NCBI GenBank assembly: GCA_003213495.1
Contig: QCMW01000001.1
Span: 1,045,296-1,109,295, forward strand
Reading direction: 5' to 3'
DNA length: 64,000 nt
DNA from: SAR86 cluster bacterium AG-422-O05
Lineage (GTDB): Bacteria; Pseudomonadota; Gammaproteobacteria; Magnimaribacterales; D2472
Shown: piece after piece, positions 10,361 to 18,725 of the stretch
Layout of the letters: every line of letters starts with the position of its first letter
How positions within the stretch are numbered: position 1 is the first letter of the stretch
The notes under the pieces: model-generated
What the model was told of the DNA's origin: nothing
What the model saw: only the letters and a program-made list of their open reading frames with translations
The model's database searches: none
Made by a program: the position numbers and the translations under genes

Positions 10361-11350
10361 GTGACTAGATTTTTTTTATCAAAAATAATAGCTTTATTAG
10401 CAGGAATTATATTAGTAATAGTTGCCTATAATCATAACTCTGATTCTGTATATGTAATTACTGGAAAAGCTTATGGCACATCTTGGACAATATCATCAAG
10501 TGAATATATAAGCGATCATCATAAAGAGAAAATAGAATCTATAATAAATAAAATTGATTACATTGCATCAAATTATAAAGAAGATTCAGAAATAGCATTA
10601 ATAAATAAGAATTTCAAAGAATATCAGTTTATTTCAAATGATTTATTTAATATTTTAGTTATAGCTAAAGATGTGGAACTCAAATCAGAGGGTTTTTACA
10701 ATATAATGTTAGGTAAAATTTCAAGTAATCTTGGATTTTCTCCTACCTTTAATAAAAACTTAATTCAAAAAAAGGCTTCTACATTTAATTTAGATGAAAA
10801 AAATAACTCTCTCATTAGAAAGAACAATAACTGGTTTGACTTATCATCTATAGCAAAAGGTTATGCAGTTCAGGAAATTCACGAATATCTGGTTAAGAAT
10901 AATTTAAGTAATCACTTAATTGATATTGGTGGTGAAATAATTATTAATGGTTTTAATAAAGGAAAACCATGGTCAGTAGGAATACAGGATCCGTATTCTT
11001 TTAATGATAGTTCTAATTATATTATTCAAAACAAAAACGGTAAATTTATGGCAATTGCTACATCAGGGGAATATAGAAACTTTAAACTAGATTCTAACGG
11101 TAATAAGGTTACACACACTATTAATCCAAAGACCTTAAAATCAATAGATAATAATATTTTATCTGTAACTGTGGTTCATGAATATTCTTCAACATACGCC
11201 GATGCTTATGCAACCTCATTCAATGCAATGGGTTCTGTTAACGCAATTCGAATCGCTAATGAAAATAATATAGCCTTAATGATTATGACTCTTGATGGAG
11301 ACGAAGAAATAAATTTATATTCAGATAAGTGGTATGATTTGAATATATGA
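10361..11350 (+). CDS. apbE: FAD:protein FMN transferase ApbE
   Basis: Position directly after nqrF. ApbE-like motifs: SEIALINK, SSIAKGYAV, LIDIGGEI, ATSGEY, HTINPKT. GTG start. Confidence 0.85.
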   Translation: MTRFFLSKIIALLAGIILVIVAYNHNSDSVYVITGKAYGTSWTISSSEYISDHHKEKIESIINKIDYIASNYKEDSEIALINKNFKEYQFISNDLFNILVIAKDVELKSEGFYNIMLGKISSNLGFSPTFNKNLIQKKASTFNLDEKNNSLIRKNNNWFDLSSIAKGYAVQEIHEYLVKNNLSNHLIDIGGEIIINGFNKGKPWSVGIQDPYSFNDSSNYIIQNKNGKFMAIATSGEYRNFKLDSNGNKVTHTINPKTLKSIDNNILSVTVVHEYSSTYADAYATSFNAMGSVNAIRIANENNIALMIMTLDGDEEINLYSDKWYDLNI

Positions 11351-11526
11351 ATGAAATAATCATAGCATTTCTAATAATTGGCTTAGCTTTTGCTGGCCTT
11401 TCAATTGGATTAATCTTAAGAAACCAACCTATCAAAGGTTCATGCGGTGGGATGGCAAATCTTCAAGATGGTTCTGCGTGCGAAATATGTGGTACAACTG
11501 ATCCAAATTCTTGCTCTAAATCATAA
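11347..11526 (+). CDS. nqrM: (Na+)-NQR maturation factor NqrM (59 aa)
   Basis: Not in the ORF track (under 60 aa). Hand translation gives MNEIIIAFLIIGLAFAGLSIGLILRNQPIKGSCGGMANLQDGSACEICGTTDPNSCSKS. It has one TM helix followed by a Cys-rich tail. The ATG overlaps the apbE stop (ATGA). Both architecture and position are typical of NqrM/DUF539. Confidence 0.75.
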   Translation: MNEIIIAFLIIGLAFAGLSIGLILRNQPIKGSCGGMANLQDGSACEICGTTDPNSCSKS

Positions 11527-11535
11527 CTCCTTTTA

Positions 11536-12747
11536 ATGATTAAAGGTTATTGTGATGATCGCTTTTTAAAAATCAAAAACATTTTTTCAAATCAAATTAA
11601 TAATGGATATGAGCTTGGCTGTTCAGTTGCTGTTGAATACAAAGGGAAAGAGGTCATTAATCTATATGGTGGTTACACAGATGAAACAAAAACTAATTTA
11701 TGGAAAAAAAATACTCTAGTTAATGTATGGTCAGTTACTAAGGCAGTAACGGGTGTATGTATTGTTAAATTAATTAGTGAAAATAAATTAGATGTAAATA
11801 AGAAAGTTTCATATTACTGGCCTGAATATGATTGTAATGGAAAGTCAAATACAAAAGTTATTGATTTATTGACACACAGAGCTGGAATGTTTGCATTTGA
11901 AAATAATTATCCTAAATGTTCATGGAATGATTGGGAGGAATTCATAATAGCTCTTGAAAAGCAAAAACCATTTAGAGAGCCAGGATTGAGTCAAGGATAT
12001 CACGCAATGACATTTGCCTGGTTGGTAGGAGAAATTATTAGAAGAATTGATGGAAGGTTACCAGGCGACTATTTTAAAGAAGAAATAGCTGAGCCTTTTA
12101 ATTTGGATTTTCATATTGGACTCTCTGAAGATGATATTCATAGATGTGCCGATGTTGGTTATAAAAGATTAGACAATCTTAATCCTCAATTAAGCTTTAT
12201 TAAGTTTATTCCAAATATATTCTTAAATAAGGATTTAAATAATTTAAAAGATACATTTGTTTCTGGAGATTTTAAAAAAGCCTTCAAATCTGATCGTCTT
12301 GATAAGGATGGACCTAATTCCCTAGATTGGCGAACTGCACAAATACCTGCAGCTAATGGACATGGAACTGCACAAAGTCTGGCTAAATTATTTGGAATAT
12401 TGTCTACGGGCTGTGAAAGAGACGGTACTAAAATTTTTGATTTAAATAGCTTAGCGCAATCAACCAAAATTCATTCATCAGGACCTGATACTGTTTTGTT
12501 TGGCACAAAACTAAATTTTGGATATTGTTTTATGTTAAAGGGTAATGAGAATAATAAAGTAGCCTTCGCACCTGTTTTTAAAGAAAATACATTTGGACAC
12601 GCAGGTATAGGGGGATCTGTAGCATTTGGTGATGCAAAAAATGAAATTGGCTATGCATTTGTTTGCAATAGACAACAAAAAACATCAGAATTATACAAAA
12701 CGTCTAATTTATTAACCGAAAATCTTTATAAAATTATTAATAACTAA
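11536..12747 (+). CDS. Serine hydrolase, beta-lactamase/EstB-like esterase family
   Basis: S-x-x-K nucleophile motif (WSVTKAVTG), LLTHRAG, and a C-terminal HAGIGGS pattern typical of class C beta-lactamase-fold esterases. Confidence 0.75.
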   Translation: MIKGYCDDRFLKIKNIFSNQINNGYELGCSVAVEYKGKEVINLYGGYTDETKTNLWKKNTLVNVWSVTKAVTGVCIVKLISENKLDVNKKVSYYWPEYDCNGKSNTKVIDLLTHRAGMFAFENNYPKCSWNDWEEFIIALEKQKPFREPGLSQGYHAMTFAWLVGEIIRRIDGRLPGDYFKEEIAEPFNLDFHIGLSEDDIHRCADVGYKRLDNLNPQLSFIKFIPNIFLNKDLNNLKDTFVSGDFKKAFKSDRLDKDGPNSLDWRTAQIPAANGHGTAQSLAKLFGILSTGCERDGTKIFDLNSLAQSTKIHSSGPDTVLFGTKLNFGYCFMLKGNENNKVAFAPVFKENTFGHAGIGGSVAFGDAKNEIGYAFVCNRQQKTSELYKTSNLLTENLYKIINN

Positions 12748-13607
12748 TTTTTAGGTGGTAACAAAAGTAGCATAGAAGTTTTATCCATGTATTCTTTATA
12801 ATCTGATCTATTCTTTAAGCTACGTTCATCCATCATTGGGCATGAAGCAAAAACAAATAAAGCGAGCATTGCAGTTGGACATATAAGAGTCCAATAGGGC
12901 ATCAATCCGCTAGATAAGCCCATAAAAAATATTCCATACCAGAATAAAATTTCGCCTAAATAGTTTGGGTGTCTAGAATATTTCCATAATTTATATTTCA
13001 TCGTTTTACCTGAATTGTAAGGATTATTTCTAAATCCTCTCATTTGTTCATCTGCTACAGTCTCGAGTATCACAGAAAGTAAGGTAAATATTGATGCCAA
13101 ATATAAGAAAATATTTGCTGAAACATTGTTTGTTAATACATAAAGTATTGGAAAAAGTCCTAAATTAACAATTAAAGTTGGGAATAAATGTATTCCAAAG
13201 AAGTTATTAAACTCAGCTTTGAATTTATTTGTATTTTTAAGATCTATATATCTAAAATCCTCGTGATTAAATCCTTTCCAGCTAATAATCCAATTTCTTG
13301 TTAATCTTATAGCCCAAAATAAAATTGGACCTAATACTAAGACTTTTAGAGTTGTAGAGTTCTGATATTGAGTTGCAAGATAAATAACAATTGGTACTGG
13401 TGCAACTGACCAAAATGGATCATATAAACTAGAATTCTTAAGTATCACGCTGCCTGTATATATAAATAAAGTAGCATATATATGCCATATTGTTATTTTT
13501 AGCCAAATATTAGATATAGATTCCGGTGTTATTAAATATGATATGTAAAAAGAGATTACATATATAAGGATGCAAACTAGTTGACTAATTTTTTTGTTTT
13601 TTATCAT
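12744..13607 (-). CDS. DUF1295 / steroid-5-alpha-reductase-like polytopic membrane protein
   Basis: Multiple TM segments and the C-terminal signature YSRHPNYLGEILFWYG. Confidence 0.65.
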   Translation of the reverse strand: MIKNKKISQLVCILIYVISFYISYLITPESISNIWLKITIWHIYATLFIYTGSVILKNSSLYDPFWSVAPVPIVIYLATQYQNSTTLKVLVLGPILFWAIRLTRNWIISWKGFNHEDFRYIDLKNTNKFKAEFNNFFGIHLFPTLIVNLGLFPILYVLTNNVSANIFLYLASIFTLLSVILETVADEQMRGFRNNPYNSGKTMKYKLWKYSRHPNYLGEILFWYGIFFMGLSSGLMPYWTLICPTAMLALFVFASCPMMDERSLKNRSDYKEYMDKTSMLLLLPPKN

Positions 13608-13613
13608 GAAAGT

Positions 13614-13633
13614 AGGGGCCGTTAAGGGCCCCT
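13614..13633 (-). terminator. GC-rich hairpin (AGGGGCC-6 nt-GGCCCCT) between two same-strand genes
   Basis: Perfect 7-bp all-G/C-rich stem in an otherwise AT-rich intergenic region. It lies 9 nt after the stop of the 126-aa ORF and 6 nt before the ATG of the DUF1295 gene. No clean U-tract follows on the minus strand, so terminator function is uncertain. Confidence 0.3.
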
Positions 13634-13641
13634 AAATAAAG

Positions 13642-14022
13642 TTATTTTTTACTCCAAGTAATTGCTAGTTGAAATACTAGAACTACAACTACAAACAATG
13701 TCTGAACAGTTCCACCAATTGTTAGAGGGTGATCAACATATACAGCCATTCTTCCAGCTGATTCTGCTCCAATATCGGTTAATGATGTTACAGCTGTGCC
13801 TAAAATAGCTGCCCCTATTTGTTGGGTATAGTAAGTCATCATTGCAACAAGAACGCAAAATAACGATGTAAAAATTTTAGATGCCATATTCGCATCAGGT
13901 GAATTATAGATATTATTAGCCATTCTAAAGCCTAACCATATCAACAATACGCATCCCACGAAGTACATAGAATTACTTATAAATCCAACATACATCATGT
14001 TAAATACTTGATATTCAGTCAT
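13642..14022 (-). CDS. Hypothetical small integral membrane protein (126 aa, about 4 hydrophobic segments)
   Basis: Good AGGAGA ribosome-binding site 7 nt upstream of the ATG. The composition is hydrophobic. I recognise no family. Confidence 0.55.
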   Translation of the reverse strand: MTEYQVFNMMYVGFISNSMYFVGCVLLIWLGFRMANNIYNSPDANMASKIFTSLFCVLVAMMTYYTQQIGAAILGTAVTSLTDIGAESAGRMAVYVDHPLTIGGTVQTLFVVVVLVFQLAITWSKK

Positions 14023-14133
14023 AATTATCTCCTATTAATTAATATGAAAGATAAATAATAATATATATTTATTGATAAATTTAGAAAATATTAATAAATA
14101 TATGTATATTATTTATATATATCTATAAATACT

Positions 14134-14146
14134 TTGATAATATCAA
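14134..14146. promoter_or_regulatory. Perfect palindrome TTGATA-A-TATCAA upstream of the 244-aa secreted protein gene (candidate operator)
   Basis: Read directly from the sequence. It lies 33 nt upstream of ATG 14179, inside a 156-bp very AT-rich divergent intergenic region. A related TTGATAAAT occurs upstream in the same spacer. Confidence 0.3.
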
Positions 14147-14178
14147 TAAGATACTATTGTTGCTAGGAGGAAAAATTT

Positions 14179-14913
14179 ATGTTTAAAAAATTATTACTTA
14201 GTTCATTTATATTATTTTGTTTTAGTGTGAATACTGTTTCAGATGAAGTAACTATGGAAAGTGATGGAACCATACATGAGTTCAATTACTTTACAGTTAC
14301 TGATCCACAAAATTTTATGATGGCTTTAGATAAATTTGATAAATCTAAGTGTGCAGAAAAATGGCGAAATGAATCAGGAGTTGGTGTAAGCTTGTGGTCG
14401 TTAAGAGGATCAGGATCTACACACTTTATATTAGTCGTGTATGAAAATGCTGAGAAAATGCAACTTGGAAGAGCAATCTTCAATACATGTAATGAATCTG
14501 GACAAATGATTAAATCATTTCAAAAAAATACTGATACTGATAGATCTTGGAACTGGGTATCTGAAAGTGTTGTAAGTGCTCGTCAATGGACCAATGATAC
14601 TGTTTTTGCCAAATATAATTTTAAGGTTGAAGAGGGTCATGAAGGTCATTACTTAAATTCATGGAAAAAAATGATGTCGTCTCAATTAGATGCTGTTAAA
14701 GGCTCTTTTGGTATGAATAGAGTACTTTTTGGAAATAGATATGTTTCACATATGGTTTATGTAGGTAACGAATCACTCGATGAATTATTAAACTCACAAA
14801 AAACCGTGCTTTCATCTGATGAATTTATGGATTTTTCAATGGATGTAAAAGATATTAGACAAAACGTAAATGTTGAATTAGTTTCTTTGGTTAAATACTA
14901 TACAGGTGAATAA
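14179..14913 (+). CDS. Hypothetical secreted protein, apparent tandem duplication of a ferredoxin-like (Dabb/ABM-like) module
   Basis: AGGAGG ribosome-binding site and an N-terminal signal peptide (MFKKLLLSSFILFCFSVNTVS). The two halves share the pattern NYF-V...G..(S/T)H(F/M)(I/V).V...(N)(A/E)(E/S)...(L/M). Confidence 0.55.
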   Translation: MFKKLLLSSFILFCFSVNTVSDEVTMESDGTIHEFNYFTVTDPQNFMMALDKFDKSKCAEKWRNESGVGVSLWSLRGSGSTHFILVVYENAEKMQLGRAIFNTCNESGQMIKSFQKNTDTDRSWNWVSESVVSARQWTNDTVFAKYNFKVEEGHEGHYLNSWKKMMSSQLDAVKGSFGMNRVLFGNRYVSHMVYVGNESLDELLNSQKTVLSSDEFMDFSMDVKDIRQNVNVELVSLVKYYTGE

Positions 14914-14914
14914 C

Positions 14915-15334
14915 ATGAATAAATATATTATTAAATATACTCTACTTGTAACTTTTTTAACAAATATATCATTGTTTCTGAACTCAGATGATCACAATGA
15001 GCAATCATTTCCAGGCTTAGTTTCATCAGAAATATTCAATATGGGCAATGGAATGGATATGCATGTTGAAAGAAGAAAAACTTGTAGTCAAGGAACTGTA
15101 GCGAAACATTTTCATCCAGCTGCTGGTACTCTTGTCTTTGTTCTAGATGGTAAATCTCAATCTAAATCATCTGGGAAGTGGAAGACTTATGAAAATGGAG
15201 AATATTGGTTTGAAAAATCTGACTGGGTTCATGGTGGAGAATCTGATGCACCTGATCTTGATGAAGTTTGCTCTGATATATTAGTCATTAGAGTTGCTGA
15301 ATCCGGTAAAGACCATACAGTTTTTATAAATTAA
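14915..15334 (+). CDS. Secreted cupin-domain protein
   Basis: Signal-like N-terminus. Cupin motifs HFHPAAGTLVFVLDG and WVHGG. ATG 14915 lies 1 nt after the upstream stop, with AGGTG 6 nt upstream. The track ORF starts at GTG 14906. Confidence 0.6.
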   Translation: MNKYIIKYTLLVTFLTNISLFLNSDDHNEQSFPGLVSSEIFNMGNGMDMHVERRKTCSQGTVAKHFHPAAGTLVFVLDGKSQSKSSGKWKTYENGEYWFEKSDWVHGGESDAPDLDEVCSDILVIRVAESGKDHTVFIN

Positions 15335-15348
15335 TTTTTTGTGATACT

Positions 15349-15375
15349 AAACCCGTCATATGGCGGGTTTTTTTA
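15349..15375 (+). terminator. Rho-independent terminator
   Basis: AAACCCGTC-ATAT-GGCGGGTTT stem-loop followed by TTTTTATTT, 15 nt after the cupin stop codon. Confidence 0.8.
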
Positions 15376-15439
15376 TTTGTATATATTGATTTAGAATATA
15401 AATTAAATATCTATAAATAATAGATTATTTTATATTTTA

Positions 15440-16840
15440 ATGAATCATAAATATCCAAAAATTACTGAAGTTGTATTAAGAGATGGACAACAGTCTCTAA
15501 TTGCAACAAGAATGAAAACAGAAGATATGATACCTATTTTGTCGAAAATGGATAAGATTGGTTTCTCTTCAGTTGAGGTTTGGGGTGGCGCAACTTACGA
15601 TTGTTGTTTGAGATTTTTAAACGAAAACCCATGGTCTAGACTAAAAATTTTTAAAAAATACTTTAAAAAAACAAAACTTCAAATGCTTTTGAGGGGAAAA
15701 AATCTTGTTGGTTATAAGGAATATAGTGATGAAGTAATATCGTTGTTTGTAAAAAATTCAGTAAAGAATGGGATGCATATTTTTAGAATCTTCGATTCTT
15801 TAAACGATATTAATAATATTAAATCCTCAATTGAATTTGTAAATAATGAGGGTCAAAACTCGCAAGGCACTATCTGTTATACTACTAGCCCAGTCCATGA
15901 TGAAAAATATTGGATAAAATTAGCTAAAAATATCGAGGACATTGGAGCTAAGTCTTTGGCTATTAAAGATATGGCTGGTTTATTAAGACCTAAAGTATGT
16001 TATGAATTAGTAAAAAGACTTAAAAAAAATTTGAATATTCCCATTCACCTTCATACACATTCAACAACGGGTTTAGCAGATGCTACAAATTTTAAGGCTT
16101 ATGAAGCAGGTATTGATAATCTTGATACCTCTATATCATCTTTCAGTAATTTATACGCACATACTGCTACAGAAAGTTTAATATCTATGATTTATGATGA
16201 TAAAAAAAATCCATTTAATATGGGTCTACTTTCTGAGATATCTCAATATTTTCAATCAATAAGATCTAAATATAATGAATATGAGGGGTCTCTTAGAGGT
16301 GCTGATATCAATATGTTAATTAATCAGGTTCCTGGAGGTATGTTAAGCATCTTAGAAAAACAATTATTAGATTTGAAAAAACAAAATAAACTAAATGATT
16401 TAATTAAAGAGATACCTAAGATAAGAGCAGATGTAGGATATGTACCTTTAGTGACACCATCATCACAAATAGTTGGTGCACAAGCTTTAATGAATATACT
16501 TGACGGAAAAAGGTATAAAACATTAAACAAAGAATTTGTAGACCTTGTCATAGGCAAATATGGAAAAATCCCTGGAAAAATTTCTTTAAAATTAAAAAAA
16601 AGAATTGAAAACTATGATTATGGCACTGATATTAATTTTAAATCAATAAAAGAGCATAGAGCTGACTTTTCAAAATTCTTAAAAGAAAATAATATTAAAG
16701 ATATATCAAGACAAGATACACATCTATTAAACTTTATTATCTTTCCAAAAGAGTCTAAAGAATATTATCAAGCAAAAAATAAATCTTCAATGAACGATAT
16801 TATTGGACTTCAAGAAGGTTTTGGTTTGTACGTTGAATAA
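15440..16840 (+). CDS. Carboxyltransferase-domain protein (OadA / PycB / transcarboxylase-5S-like) lacking a biotinyl domain
   Basis: LRDGQQSLIATR (canonical RDAHQSL), KDMAGLL (carbamyl-Lys motif) and HLHTHSTTGLA (H-x-H metal ligands). It is 466 aa with no AMKM biotinylation motif. Confidence 0.75.
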   Translation: MNHKYPKITEVVLRDGQQSLIATRMKTEDMIPILSKMDKIGFSSVEVWGGATYDCCLRFLNENPWSRLKIFKKYFKKTKLQMLLRGKNLVGYKEYSDEVISLFVKNSVKNGMHIFRIFDSLNDINNIKSSIEFVNNEGQNSQGTICYTTSPVHDEKYWIKLAKNIEDIGAKSLAIKDMAGLLRPKVCYELVKRLKKNLNIPIHLHTHSTTGLADATNFKAYEAGIDNLDTSISSFSNLYAHTATESLISMIYDDKKNPFNMGLLSEISQYFQSIRSKYNEYEGSLRGADINMLINQVPGGMLSILEKQLLDLKKQNKLNDLIKEIPKIRADVGYVPLVTPSSQIVGAQALMNILDGKRYKTLNKEFVDLVIGKYGKIPGKISLKLKKRIENYDYGTDINFKSIKEHRADFSKFLKENNIKDISRQDTHLLNFIIFPKESKEYYQAKNKSSMNDIIGLQEGFGLYVE

Positions 16841-16885
16841 TCTCTTCCCATATTTATTTACAGATTATTCATTTAAAATATATTT

Positions 16886-17614
16886 GTGAAAGATAAAATT
16901 TGGCAGACTATTAAAGATGAGGTTACGCTTAGAATTGAAGCTGAACCATCATTGAAACCTTATCTTGAAACACTAGTTATATCGAAGAAATCATTAATAA
17001 GTTCAGTTGCAGCTATTCTTTCTTCAAAATTAAATAGCGATGCTTTGAAATCATCAGATATAAATGATTTTATTTTAGATGTATATGAAAATTGTGATGG
17101 TATAGAAGATGATATTGTAAAAGATTTACTTTTCTTTAAAAATCATGATCCAGCGTGCAGATACTTTTCAACACCAATATTGTTCTATAAAGGCTTTCAA
17201 GGTCTTGCTACCTACAGAGCAGCTAACTGTTTATGGAAAAATGATAGGCATACTATGGCTTTGTTCTTACAAAATCGTGCTTCTGAAATTTTTGGTGTAG
17301 ATATTCATCCAGCAGCAAAAATTAAAGGTGGAGTGATGATAGATCATGCAACGGGTGTTGTGATAGGCGAAACAGCTGAAATTCATGAAAATGTTTCTAT
17401 ATTCCAAGGTGTTACATTGGGTGGAAAGGGCTTTCAAGAGGGAGATAGACATCCAAAAATTCAGTCAGGAGTATCAATTTATGCATCAAGTACTATTCTT
17501 GGAAATATAATAATTGGTAAAAATTCTACAGTTGCAGCTGGAAGCCTTGTTTTAAAAAATGTTGAACCGAATGTAACAGTAGCAGGCATTCCTGCAAAAA
17601 TAATAAATAAATAG
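16886..17614 (+). CDS. cysE: Serine O-acetyltransferase
   Basis: SATase N-terminal helical domain (HDPACRYFSTPILFYKGFQGLATYRAAN) followed by hexapeptide repeats (GVDIHPAAKIKGGVMIDHATGVVIGETA...). GTG start. Confidence 0.88.
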   Translation: MKDKIWQTIKDEVTLRIEAEPSLKPYLETLVISKKSLISSVAAILSSKLNSDALKSSDINDFILDVYENCDGIEDDIVKDLLFFKNHDPACRYFSTPILFYKGFQGLATYRAANCLWKNDRHTMALFLQNRASEIFGVDIHPAAKIKGGVMIDHATGVVIGETAEIHENVSIFQGVTLGGKGFQEGDRHPKIQSGVSIYASSTILGNIIIGKNSTVAAGSLVLKNVEPNVTVAGIPAKIINK

Positions 17615-17623
17615 ATTATTAGA

Positions 17624-18646
17624 CTAAACAGAATTTAAAATATTTTGTTCTTCATCGTTCATTTCTGAATCAACACTGTCAAATAAAATACTAGACATAT
17701 ATCTTTCAGCAGTATCTGGAAGCATGCATAATATTTTCGAACCTTTTTTAGCCTTTTTAGCAATTTCAATTGCAATTGCAAAAGTTGATCCACCTGAAAC
17801 TCCAGTTATTATTCCTTCTTTTTGTGCCAATTCATTAGCCCAAAAAATTCCATCGTTCCCAGAAACAGGAATTAATTCATCGAAGTATTTATTATCAATT
17901 GACTCTTGAAGCACCAATGGTATGAAATCTGTAGTCCATCCCTGTATGGGGTGTGGATTCCAATCTGGATGAGATTGAGAGGCAGATCCATCATCATTTC
18001 TTATTTGTTTTTGATTACTTCCCACTAATTGTGCAACATCTGGTTCAGTTAAAATCAATTTTGTTTGTGGCATTTTTTCTCTAAGCACTCTGCTAACACC
18101 TGTGAAAGTTCCTCCAGTTCCATATCCAGAAACCCAATAATCTAAACCAATATTCTTAAAATCATTAAATATCTCTTCCCCAGTAGTTTTTTCATGAATA
18201 TTACTGTTATCTTCATTTTCAAACTGTTTAGCAAAAAACCAATTATTTTTTATCACTAGTTTTTTGGCTTTGTTGTATGCACCAGTTCCACCTTCTTCTG
18301 CAGGAGTTAAAAGCACTTTTGCTCCTAAAAATCTCATTAATTTTCTTCTTTCAATTGAAGCACTGTCAGGCATCGTTACAACTAAAGGATAACCTTTTGC
18401 AGCACATACCATAGCTAACCCAATTCCTGTATTTCCGCTCGTAGCTTCAACAACAGTTTGACCTTTTTTAAGTTGATTCCTTGATTCAGCATTTTCAATA
18501 ATACTCACAGCGAGTCTGTCTTTAACTGAACTTGCTGGATTAAAATATTCAGCTTTGACATAAAGGTCTATATCATTTATTGAGATATTATTTAGTTTTA
18601 TAGAAGGGGTATTACCAATAGTATCAAGTATATTTTTATAGAGCAT
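17624..18646 (-). CDS. cysK: Cysteine synthase (O-acetylserine sulfhydrylase family, PLP-dependent)
   Basis: NPASSVKDR PLP-lysine motif, SGNTG, and GTGGTFTG glycine loop. The likely start is ATG 18646 (MLYKNILDTIGNTP) with AAGGAA upstream. The track ORF extends to 18721. It contains a ~30-aa insertion (NQKQIRNDDGSASQSHPDWNPHP). Confidence 0.85.
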   Translation of the reverse strand: MLYKNILDTIGNTPSIKLNNISINDIDLYVKAEYFNPASSVKDRLAVSIIENAESRNQLKKGQTVVEATSGNTGIGLAMVCAAKGYPLVVTMPDSASIERRKLMRFLGAKVLLTPAEEGGTGAYNKAKKLVIKNNWFFAKQFENEDNSNIHEKTTGEEIFNDFKNIGLDYWVSGYGTGGTFTGVSRVLREKMPQTKLILTEPDVAQLVGSNQKQIRNDDGSASQSHPDWNPHPIQGWTTDFIPLVLQESIDNKYFDELIPVSGNDGIFWANELAQKEGIITGVSGGSTFAIAIEIAKKAKKGSKILCMLPDTAERYMSSILFDSVDSEMNDEEQNILNSV

Positions 18647-18725
18647 ACTTTCCTTATACTTTTTTAACGTTATATATTTATAATAAAAACAATAATAATT
18701 AAATATATTATATATAATCAAAGCT

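Noticed and set aside
14136-14154. Possible Fur box overlapping the TTGATAATATCAA palindrome.
   Set aside because: Only about 11 of 19 positions match the GATAATGATAATCATTATC consensus by my count, which is unconvincing in AT-rich DNA. It is kept only as a remark under the palindrome finding.
15440-16840. Interpreting the OadA-like gene as part of a Na+-pumping oxaloacetate decarboxylase working alongside Na+-NQR.
   Set aside because: There is no oadB or oadG nearby and the protein lacks the biotin carrier domain needed for the pump mechanism. The sodium-pump interpretation is therefore unsupported from this window.
17624-18646. The ~30-aa insertion in CysK (NQKQIRNDDGSASQSHPDWNPHP) as a sign of novel function.
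   Set aside because: Longer CysK/CysM-like variants with loop insertions are common, the catalytic motifs are intact, and I have no basis to assign a different activity.
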